Assembly (NCBI GenBank): GCA_029953675.1
Contig: JAMWBK010000001.1
Location: 372,001-436,000, forward strand
Direction: 5' to 3'
From: Rhodosorus marinus CCMP1338
Lineage: Eukaryota; Plantae; Rhodophyta
DNA length: 64,000 bases
Under the pieces are notes generated by a model that was not told where the DNA came from, did no database searches, and saw only the letters and a program-made list of their open reading frames with translations. The first letter of the stretch is position 1. Each line of letters begins with the position of its first letter. This document shows positions 36,887 to 47,421 of this stretch, in pieces. The translations under genes and the position numbers were made by a program.

Positions 36887-37709
36887 CGTGCTCGTACAAC
36901 CAAGTAAACTATCCCAAACTTGGCTTCAAACACCCCACAGCCCTTTGCCACACATAGAGACCATTCCTTCAATAACCGTTTCCCCTATAGCCAAATTAAC
37001 ATTCGTTCACCGTCAGCTTGGCCCCAGAAAAATGGCTGCATGAAGTAACATTCGCCAACAACAACCATGTCAATTGGCCGGGAAAGCGGGGCCATGCATG
37101 GGTAACAGTCGTCACCGCCGGGAATTTTGCAAAAAAGGGTTATTTTCTCTGGCAATGGGTTCATCAGGGTTTTATTTTGGGGGTGACGCTAACCTTGAGG
37201 GTTTGGGGTTGCTGTTGAAAGGTGACGGTCCAACACTACCGGACCTGTTCATGACGTAGCTGGGTTGTGCATCACGATTTCGCAGTAAAACTAAATACCT
37301 CATCATCTCCTTGGAGTGGTCAAGGGTTGAATGAATCAGAATGAAAACGCTCGCTGCTCCACTAGAAGGCTTCCCGAGGATATTCCTTTCCATCGTCAAG
37401 GTGGTTTGAAGCCAACCGGTCAGAAAGACGTGTACAGCTCGTCCTTCCAGGAAACGTTGCTGCGTTGCTGGACTAGAGGACGCAAGGCGAGGTTGCGTGA
37501 ATCCTGCAAAACCCCACTCCTGAGTTCAGACCTTAAAAGCGCGACCGCTGGCCTCATACCAGCTTAACTAGCCCTTTAGATCGCGAATGTACCATGCTAT
37601 TTCCTTGATAAGACAGGAGAATTTCAGTACATCGACTTCAACAAGTCCTGCCAAAACCCGCTCCGCGTTCGAGAAGTCTCGAGGCCTCCGGAGACAATAT
37701 CTTCAGATA

Positions 37710-38386
37710 TTATAAGATAAACCGTTTCGGAACAATATATCTTGGAAAGGCAAAATATCTTGAGAAATTATATCTTATCGGTCTGGCATGAGTCGATGAG
37801 GACTTCTTGGTCGATGCTAACCGCTGCGGGTAATGAGAAGCTCTAGAATCGGCGATAGAAGGAGAACCGATCGTAATGTCAGTCCTTAACTTGTCTAACG
37901 ACGTTGACTCTTGAGCTTTAAGAGATCTGTTGAGCTTTTCTTGCTTCTTTTCTTGATTTTGGGTTGGCGAGGTTCCGGGAGTTTTCTGAGCAATAACGTG
38001 TTCTTCTCGAGGTGGTTGAAGTGAGCTGTGGTAGATTGAAGGTGGAAGACAACCAGCTGAGCGTAATTTTTTTGCCCCTCTTACGTTTTGTCTCGAGGAG
38101 TGGGAGTTGATGGCACCGCTATCGGTGCTGTCATTCTGCTTGGGTGGTGTTGTGATGCTTGCGGGGATTGTTCTACCTATAGTATGGATGGTGAGTACGG
38201 AAGAATTAAATCTGTCGTGGATCCCTTCACCTCTGTAGCATATGTGTGAATCACTCTAACGGTTCCGTGGCTTGCCTTGACTCGCTCTACCGTAGATCGT
38301 GAAAAGTAAGAAAAGTTTTGTGCGCCAGGAGTAAGGAAGAAACTTATGCACATAGAGGGCTTTGAGAATTGAAAGCCACCCGTCAC
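37710..38386 (-). CDS. Possible hypothetical protein (open frame of about 150 codons at 37710-38178 after an AG; 5' exon uncertain)
   Basis: Long stop-free, low-complexity frame (S/P/K/Q-rich) preceded by CTATAG. No recognisable domain. Confidence 0.25.
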
Positions 38387-38606
38387 TTGAGTGGTTCTAC
38401 TATATGTGAGACCTATTGTCGATAGCTGCCCGGAGAGGCATCAACCTTACTTCATTTGAGAGTCGATGTGCAGGAAAGCGCGTGTTTGCTACTGGTTAGT
38501 TTCATTTTTGTTTGCAATCACACAGGTTCCAGAACTTCTATGAGTCGCTTCTGCAGCGCCTATGCTCGAGTACTGGTTTTTGGGAGAAAATCGCGGGTCC
38601 TGTGGA

Positions 38607-40886
38607 TTACCAGATGTCAGCTGCTCGGAAAATATTAAGGCCATCTTCAGCTGTGCTCATTAAAACAGAGGGTAGCTGACGATGCCAGTGAACTTCTTTG
38701 ATGTTTTTCTGCCCCATATGTAAGAACAAAAGCTGTGGAGGTAGATCCTCTGCGCCGGGTAGAACCTCCCCAAGTGCGGCCTCCTCCTCAGGGTCTCTTT
38801 CAACGGATAAATCCCAAAGACTGTACCGGCGTACAGCAAACAACAAACAGCGCGGTTTAAGCATTCCCACAAAGTTCCATGTAATTGGACGAGAACAGCA
38901 TACCTAACGCTGTGATCTTCACTCGAAGCAGCCAACATGGAGCTCAGCGTTGGATGCCATTCCACAGAAGTTATTGGTTTCCGATGATATCCAAAGAACG
39001 CGGCCGGCAATGATTCCCCATCCTTCGCTGAGCGCAAATCCCAAACCTAACACAGCAAAGCAAGCAGCGTCCACCCGCGATTCAGCCGTACTGTCAAGTG
39101 CAACCGTCTGCATTACCAAAGTTTCGTACCTTCAGTCCTCCTTCATCGCCACCGGAGACTAGGAGGTGGCTATCGATTCGGTTCCATGAGATAACATTCA
39201 CGTCCATTTCATGTGCTTTTGACAGAGTGAGGGCGCTCTTCTTGCCAACTCGTACGTCCCAAAAGCGTATACTTCGATCAGCTGAGCAAGAAGCGAACAC
39301 ATCCGTTTCGGTTGGACTCCACTGTAAGTCCTCGATAGAGTCCGTGTGACCACGGAACGTATCCGGGTCCACGGAGAACCTTTGCGTGAAGAAGACGACC
39401 TCTGGTTGACTATCTCAACACCTGTCTCCAAGCTTTGTCATCAAGCAAGCTCCGAACAGTTTCCGTCTTACCTTCCATCTTCGCGTTGAGTCCAACTCAT
39501 CAGCGTTCTGTTCATTGCGCCGGTTACCATCCTACCTTGCTGGAGAGGGCTCCTGACCGCAATCAGAGAAGGGGCAATCGTGATTGAGTACATGATCTTC
39601 ATCGCGATTGATCAATGCAACTAGAGGTTCCCACCAGTCAATAGCAAACCCTTCAGACTTGTGGGCGCTGAATACGAAAAAGGGCTTCACCGCCGTGGGT
39701 TTCTGAGCATCTGGATGAGGCATACGGCTGCCTCTATCCAAGGCTGAAATGGCGGGCTCGACGTCAAAGATATTCACGCGTCCAGTCTCAGACCATGTCG
39801 CGACAATGTTTGGTTGTTGAGGCATTGACCTTATTCTGTTAATCGCGCCGTCATGCTTTATCCTGTAGCTCTCCAGGAGTGGATCCTCCTTCTTCTTGTC
39901 CTGGTCATTCCCAACAGAAAGAAAACAACGATGTATGTTTAGGAGCTCCTCTGGGGCTGGAACAGGCCAACAACGGTGTATGTTTAGGAACTCCTCTGGG
40001 ACTGGAACAGGCCAGGGAGGTCATGGAAGAAATGTGCTACCTCGTCAGAATCCTCATCCGATGACTCTTCCGCTTCATCTTCGTCTCCGTCCAGTTGGTT
40101 TTTTCGACGTCTCCTTTTGGTCTTATGAAGTTGGGACATTTTCATTACTGTTATAGAATTCTTTGAAGAAATTTGCGCTTGAGACCCGATAACGCTATAG
40201 GCCGTCATTGGAAAGACGTTTCGTGAACCTTGAATCTGATCGGGAAGAAAATCAAAAGAAAGCGCCGGCCTGTGTGTGCGAGGTTTCAGCGCGAGCGCCG
40301 TCCGAAAATTCCAGCAGTGCCTTGATGCATCTACCTTACCACTCAACGTGAATCTTGTGCAGCATATCGTATGCGGAGGCGTCATGTATAAGTTCCTCGT
40401 TGTCTCCTATTGTGTCCACTCCAGGACGGTAAACTCTCCTCTCAGTCTGTGAGCCACCCGCAGCACCTCTAGCGCCATCCTCGTCGGCTGCTTCATCTCC
40501 ATCGATTGCTTCCTCGTCTTCTTCAGACTGGAAATCGTCATCGAAAGTATCTTCAAATTGCAAGATATCCCCATCCTCGCCCTGCTCCTCCTCTGCAGCA
40601 GTAGATTTCTTCACGCCAACCGACTTTCGGCCTTCCGCCTTTTCCTAATCAAAAAGGCCGTTGTCGTTGAGGTTCAGTCTCTGCTCCGCTTCGGATCTGA
40701 CCAGCTCAAAACTAGAGTTTCATTATAGCATGCCCGCATTTCAGATCCTGCGTAACCTCATACTGGGCTAGGATGAATGGAAAGCAAAAAGAAACCAGAA
40801 CCAGCAAGCTGTAAGCACAAACCCACCTCCCGCGGTGCACGTCGTTTCCGACTGGATTTACCAGACCTCATCGCTTTTTCCTTCAT
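38607..40886 (-). CDS. GRWD1: Glutamate-rich WD40 protein GRWD1/RRB1 (ribosome biogenesis), multi-exon
   Basis: FEDTFDDDF, RRVYRPG, SAYDMLH, KHDGAINRIRSMPQQPNIVATWSETG, HKSEGFAIDW, GHTDSIEDLQWSPTE, HQLPQLLFLHMGQKNIKEVHWH-like C-terminus. Confidence 0.93.
39924..40013 (+). repeat. 45-bp tandem duplication (3 mismatches) inside a GRWD1 intron
   Basis: AACAACGATGTATGTTTAGGAGCTCCTCTGGGGCTGGAACAGGCC / AACAACGGTGTATGTTTAGGAACTCCTCTGGGACTGGAACAGGCC. The flanking exons join in frame (EDSDE|DKKKEDP). Confidence 0.92.
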
Positions 40887-41668
40887 TTTCTAAAGCAACG
40901 ACAGCACTCAGCTGCCAGAAATAACAAAAAGCACCGTTGGTTTGGGAAAAACAGTACAATCAGTCCTACCTCACGTTTCAGCAACTGTACTGAATGACAT
41001 TGCCTAACCCTCCTCCAACTGCTTTTCCCGTCGAGAACTTCACGTTTACCGCCGTCAACTAATGTCATCCATAAAAAGAATTGACTACACGAAGAAAATT
41101 CAGCATACGAAAAATTTTCTTCTTATTTCTCCCCGAATAGTCATGTTTTTCTTTACAAAACAATCATTGAACTCAAGAATTACTGTATTGCTCCAATAAA
41201 TGATATTCTCCTTTTAACTGAAAGCTTCTTGTAGTATAATTGGTTAGATGGAACACTTAAGATATGCTTATATCCAATAAGAATGCTTAACTATGATTTA
41301 GGATAACTTCGTAGAAACTACTATAATTCTACAGTTGGGTCCTGCGCCATTTCAAGTTCACCATCGGGTTAAAAATGCTCATACTCCAACAGGTGGGTAT
41401 CCTCTTCTTTCAAGTCACAGGATTTTCCAAGTACATATTGATCAACGTACTGAGAACTAAATATACAGGCCTAACTACCCACCGAAAACTACAGTGCGTT
41501 CCTCAAGAACTTGAATGTCCTCTTCAGCAATGAACGGCCCATGCAGTCTCGCGCTCGTGACGATCTGCTGACTTCGTCGGGTATATTAAGAGCGAGAGCG
41601 TTCTAAAAGTTGCCCAGAAGCCTTAAGTTCAGTATGTAGTCATAGCATACTTCATTTCCCGGGTATGG

Positions 41669-42551
41669 TCAAGAGCGTCCTTCTAGATCCGCACCGCGGA
41701 CCACACTTTCGAATACCTTTTTCGTTTCCTTATACACAGATTCGATATCCAAGTTTCCATCAACCACAGACAGCTTTCCTTTGCGTGAAAAATAGTCGAG
41801 CAAGGGTCGTCCTGTATCAGCAAAGTTTTTCAGTCTCCTGTCGATTACGGTTTTTTCGTCATCTACCCGGTCAGATGTCGCAGAGCGCTGCAATAGCCTT
41901 TCCCGTAATACCTAAGTCAATATCATAACTCGAAGGATCAGTGCGAGCACTTCAACTGTGGAGTGGGAATCAAGCAAAGCCCATTCTCCCGATGCCAAAC
42001 AAGTACCTCGCTGTTCACATCGAAGTAGAGAGCGTGATGGAACTGCCCAATAGCCTTCTCGTACTCCTCCATTTGCTCTAGATTCCGCGGAAATCCATCA
42101 AGCAGAACCCCTTCAAGTCCCGGCGGAACTACACGTTCCAGTTCCTTCCTCAAGATCTGTATCGCAAGGCTTCCGGGTACAATGGTCCCTTGGTCGATCA
42201 TCGTTTTGATCGTGACACCCAGACTTGAACTGCCCTGAGCTTCCGATCGAAGTAATTCTCCCATCGTCATTTGGCGGAAACCGGAATCTGTAGCAATACG
42301 CTGACATTGCGTCCCCTTCCCGCACCCAGGACCGCCAATCACGAAGATCACTTTTGGGATCTAAGAGCAATACGCACAAGAGTCATCAGAGACAAACAAT
42401 GACTCATACACTGACAAGGAGGAATCCACGAGAAGCCACGTCTCAATGACGCTTGTGTACCAACCTGAATCAAACACTTTGAAAGTCCCCGACCACGACA
42501 CCTAGATGCGCGACCCGACACGATCTCAATCCCTTTCGCGATGAACGCCAT
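41669..42551 (-). CDS. Adenylate kinase / UMP-CMP kinase family, probable plastid transit peptide, 3 exons
   Basis: MAFI... N-terminus; IFVIGGPGCGKGTQC, GELLR, LLDGFPRN, RVDD...IDRRLKNF. Confidence 0.92.
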
Positions 42552-42740
42552 TTGTCCCTTATCCAAAAAGGCCACAAGACAATCCCTCCAGTCACTGTGC
42601 TTCAAATGCTACTCAAGGGAATGTATTGCCGTTAAGCCATGATGACGACGAGTACGTACGCCGGCCAACACTTTCTCCTCGCCTTCTCATGGTCCGTACC
42701 ATGTCTACCTCCTTGGCAGATGTCATGCTATGCTTATTTC

Positions 42741-43395
42741 TCAGAGATACGAGAAAAGCAAGGTGCTGGTCAATATCAACCGATTATCGCTTTGATGGAC
42801 TGTTCCTTTCGCACGTCCAAACCGTCCATTTAGACGGAGAGTTTCGACCACCACACGAACCTCGAGCGTGGGATCCTCATTGAACTCTGCCGCAGGGTCA
42901 GTCCAAGTAATCTTGTCCATGCCAGCGAGAACAACGATCTTGCCAGATGAAGCGTTGATCTTCATACGGAATAGGAAAAAAAGGTGAGTCAGTTTGCTGC
43001 GAGGCACGTAGAAAGGACTCCCGTCCCCTTCGCACCTGGTTCGCGAGGATCACGCTCGCCTGGCCCATGGCCTCGAGAATCTCGAACTTCGTGTGCTTCC
43101 TCGGGAATGTCGACGCCACCAAGCTGGCACGTCTCCCTTCAACCACATTCTCTTTTGCGCAGTCGATTAGCAAAGCCGGAGGCCGATGCGGAACGAGTTC
43201 GAGGATCTGATTATGACTGAGACTGGTCCCCACTGATCCCGGTTTCTTGGTGCGCGAAACCGTACTAGACGGCGATGAGCTATGGCTGAAGCGAAGGAGC
43301 CGGTAGATCGGCTGCCACCCATTGCTTTCTGCGCAAAACCTCCTGACAGCATATTCTTTTCCCATTGCTTTCTGCGCAAAACCTCCTGACAGCAT
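42741..43395 (-). CDS. FabZ-like hotdog-fold (3-hydroxyacyl-ACP dehydratase-like) protein, 2 exons, divergent active site
   Basis: LSHNQILELVPHRPPALLID, ILEAMGQASVIL, LAGMDKITW, and C-terminal GRAKGTV...LLFSYL match the FabZ layout. Confidence 0.75.
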
Positions 43396-43403
43396 ATTCT
43401 TTT
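43318..43403 (+). repeat. Exact 43-bp tandem duplication spanning the start codon of the FabZ-like gene
   Basis: CCCATTGCTTTCTGCGCAAAACCTCCTGACAGCATATTCTTTT at 43318-43360 and 43361-43403. Confidence 0.95.
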
Positions 43404-44213
43404 CCTCAGACTGTAGGTAAAAGCATTCGACCTCAACTAATGCAACGTCACGATCGCTCCCAGAGGGTTAGAAGACGATCCTAGTTCCTGCAGCCCCCCC
43501 TTGATCCACACAATCGAACTGCCACGATTAGAATCCCATGCTAAAGGCTTCCGGTATGGGATCCGAGAAATCCAATAGGTTCATGTTGAGCAACACCTCA
43601 TCCATGTTTGAAAAGAGAACCCTAATCTTCAGGCTTTGCGAAAGCAGAAGCTCACTTGAGAACCTTGGTGGACAGTTGCTCATTTCTGCCACGTGGTCCC
43701 ATGTTTCTTCTGACTTGTACTAAGCCAAACAACTTAAAGAGTGACGTTTGGTAGTAGCGATACGAGACTTTCTGTCAGTGCACTGCCCACCTAGGGAATG
43801 TGAATTTGTACTGGTCAGAGTTGTGGTTTTTTGTAATTGGATAAACTTTGTTTCAATTGAATGTTTATTTTTCTTTTTTTTCCCGTTCGCGTCCAGTATT
43901 TGTACTCTTAAGTTCAATCCGGAGCTCATGTATGGAGATGAAAATAGGTTGAGATTTACAAAAGACATCAACGGAGCTTGGCCTGCATCCTCGTGGAACG
44001 AAAAGCTCCACACGATTCCATGCCATGGTAAGGAATATGTAGTCGCAGATTCCAAAATCCCACTAGTCCTCCTAGCCTCGACATTGTCCGCGGTCCAGAT
44101 GTGCATACAAGGAGCCTCTAGAAGGCATTCTGCTCCTGTTCTGCTATTTTCAAAGAGACAAGACCACAAGGCTTGGTTAAGTGGAGGTCGAGGAAACGTG
44201 TTAAGATTAACAA

Positions 44214-44435
44214 TCAAACAGATCGGATACAAAGCCTACCGTTATTCCGCTTCGCAGCTGCCTCCTCCTGCTTCGCCATTTGTATACTCACACGCAGCTC
44301 CTGAGCTACCTTCTTGACATCCTGCAGGGACTTCCTCGCTCGTACTCCAGCGGCCTTGTTGTTCTTGTTAAAAAACTTATCGGAGTCCTTGGAGATAGCT
44401 TCCACCAGGTCTTTCAACTGCTGAACCTTATCCAT
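44214..44435 (-). CDS. Histone H1-like protein of the Hc1 (chlamydial HctA / Bacteroidetes / NCLDV) family; probable intron 44172-44239 and further exon(s)
   Basis: MDKVQQLKDLVEAISKDSDKFFNKNNKAAGVRARKSLQDVKKVAQELRVSIQ carries the Hc1 signature NKAAGxRxRK in a helical hairpin. Confidence 0.82.
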   Translation of the reverse strand: MDKVQQLKDLVEAISKDSDKFFNKNNKAAGVRARKSLQDVKKVAQELRVSIQMAKQEEAAAKRNNGRLCIRSV

Positions 44436-45953
44436 CTTACACTTCTCAAATCTGCTTAAAACCTTCGGACTGGGGCTGGGGCGGGGTCAATTCGTAGCTG
44501 TCCAACTTCAACCGAAAACTTTTTCAACTAACTTATCCTGCACGTAGTGCTTCGCTGTAGTGTCGCACAGGAGACTTCATCGTCATTAGCCTCTTTCAAG
44601 CCTATTTCAACCCTTTCAGCAGCAGCCCGAAAACCGCTCTCCAAAAACAGGTACGAAAAGATAATCGTTGACGAAAAAGCCAATTTCCGGCAACCAGTCA
44701 CCCCCCCCAATGGGTTAATTTTGGCCTCGAAAATGGCTCCATTTTGGGGGGTGCTTAAAACCCCCTTTTTTCTAGCCCCCAATTCCAGCTGGTTAACGCA
44801 TCCCCCGAAAACGATACCATTTTCAACGATTCGCTTCTATGGCAACAAAAAAAAGGGTATTTCACAACCCCCCCTAACACGCGTTCCTAGCTTGGAATCG
44901 AGGGATTCTAAAACCCCCCCCCCTTCCTGAAACCAGGACAATTCAAGATTACCAATTGCAATCGGCGCGTATGGATTTTTGAAACTCGTGCGACTGAAGG
45001 AACCCCCTAGGTGACCCAGGCTAAACGGGACATGCATATTAATCCCCTTGCCGGCTTCAAATCAAATTTCTCGTTTCATGAATATACATAGTTTAAGAAC
45101 GCATTAAGGGGTTTCTACGGAAGAGCTTCTCCCCCCTTAAACAAACGATGTAATAGTTTTCTTCAGAATCGATGAATTCTGCAAAGCCGGATAGTGCCCC
45201 AATTTCGAGCCCTATGTCTTACCCCGCAGTTTCGGTTTTCTGCTGCTTCCTCAACCCCTCCGAAGAGCAGATTTTTAGTAGATTCCCTCCAAAACCAGAA
45301 AAAGGCAGACCCCTCCGGCAAAACGTGCTTCCTCCCCACAAGATTTCAAATTAGTACTCTAATAACAAATAGCAGGGTTCTCAAAACAATCTTACCCTCC
45401 CCTGCGGAAACCTGCAAAAATCCGTTCGTGATATTTTTCTTCTCACGAAGGAAAACAAGAAAAGGGCACTACCAGTGCTGATAGAGTGGCCCTGTAGGGG
45501 TGCTCAGAGCGACATGATCATGTACTCGCTTTTTATTCGTCTATTGCTCACAAGTCGCCAGCAACCTGAAGTAAAGTTTTCTATTTTCAGGTATCTGGAA
45601 CTTAATATCTTCCTCGCTTTCCAAGCCAGTTTTTATGACAGTCTGTCCAATGAAGTCGTAAATTAATGACTGGAAAATCTTAAAATGATTGAACTGTAGC
45701 AACGGTGGATTGGGTTGGCATTGGATGGTCGGTTCTGAGCGTTGGAAAAATGGATTTTTCGATCCGATTCAAGTAGGAATTCTGAGCTATCGGAGATACA
45801 ACCTAAACGTATATGAGCTCATGTATAATCTTTTTACAACTACTAATGAACTTCCCTGTTCCAAAAACCGAGCATAAAGAGGGGGGTTCGAGGGCAACTA
45901 CAATCACGTTTTCGCGAATGGCTTTCATGCGATCCGAAGTATGGGACTCGATG

Positions 45954-45989
45954 CTTTAGCTCAAAGCTGTAGACAGCTTTGAGCTAAAG
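45954..45989. repeat. Perfect 17-bp palindrome with 2-nt centre
   Basis: CTTTAGCTCAAAGCTGT-AG-ACAGCTTTGAGCTAAAG. Confidence 0.95.
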
Positions 45990-46323
45990 ACGATAGGTAC
46001 AATCCACTCAAGAACGACGTTCCCATCTCAAGACTTCAAGTTTCCCTTGTACCTCCATTGTACTTCTCCACTACCACTACTGGGGGACTGGGAATTTACA
46101 AAGTTTACCTGTCGCAAGTCGACGATTGGAAGCACTAGCCTCGTTTTGCTTACAGCGTAGATTGCCGGTGCGTTCCCGTTGAGGCTCTTCAGGGCAGTAC
46201 AATCGCCTAACTACAATGAGCCATGAACTGATCCCATCCACATACTAATATGCCCGTCCCATCGTCGTCCATTCCTCCCAAGAAAAGCAGGAATTCTGGG
46301 TTTCTGAAATCAGCTGTGCGGTT

Positions 46324-46865
46324 TCAACGGACGAACTTTGCATCATCGAAGGACGCCACGAGTATCATCGCGACTGTAGGTATATAGTCTTCGCCTCTGT
46401 CAGCATCTCTCGGTTCCTCCTCTCCATCTTCATACTCCTGTTGCTTCTCGCCAGGACTCCGCAGTTCTACTTCTTTCACGGCAGCTTTCTTTTTGCTTTT
46501 CTGGGAGAAATAGCGCATCAAAGCGTTCGAAAATCCACTCTGTTGCTTCATGATCTTTTTGTGTCTTCCGGCGAGGTTGAGATTAGAATGGCAGGGCAAT
46601 GCTAAACGTTGACTTCTGTATTTGTTTCTCCAACGTATGCACATCATTGTGTATTTATTCAGCAGCCTAGCTACCCTCGATATCGAAGATATCAGCTGTT
46701 GGGCTTTTGTGACGCCTCGTGATTACCGATTGCTTTAGTGCATGAATGAGCTCTACAGACGATTGCGGGATGTTTGAGAACTGCCACCACCATCCGTACC
46801 CCCGTGGCTTCTACCTACTGGCACACCAAAACACCATCCGAGTCTTCGGGCCGTCTAATGATGTC
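46324..46865 (-). CDS. Possible multi-exon hypothetical protein (structure unresolved, may be degenerate)
   Basis: 107-aa ORF with K/E-rich segments, plus upstream ATG and splice-like signals. Downstream frames are interrupted by stops. Confidence 0.25.
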
Positions 46866-47421
46866 CATCTTGTCGGCCTGTGAATCCCTGTTTCTTGTTC
46901 TGTTTTTTGGAAAACTTATATTCAGGATTGATGATTGATTCTATTTTTGGTTTGCAACATTGAAAGCCGGGCATATCTTAGGTTGTTCGAGATTAGGAGT
47001 AAGGTCTCTCTCCACAAGGCGAGATGCCTTGCCTCGGTTCAATGCGTAGTCACAGATACATGTCCACAGACATACATAAGTTGTTCAGGGTTTCTGTAGT
47101 GCCCGTATTTTAACTAGCGTACCCTGGAAGAATGCGATACAGCAATGGAACATTGTGTTCTTCTCGAGTTCGTCCTTGTACATCCTTCAAGCCCGAAGCC
47201 AGGGCTATCGATGTTCTTGACTCCTCATCGTCCATCATCCCCAGGAATTGAAAAGACTGAGTTGTATATATGTCACTCAGGATGGACGGAATACTGAGAA
47301 GAACCATATCTCCGGAAGGTTCTCAGCGACAGGTCTGGATCTGGAAGTTCCTCGAGTCGCGGCAGAAGGCGTGTTACTCCATTAAGGATGCAAAAGATGT
47401 TCTGATTATGCACAGTCATTT

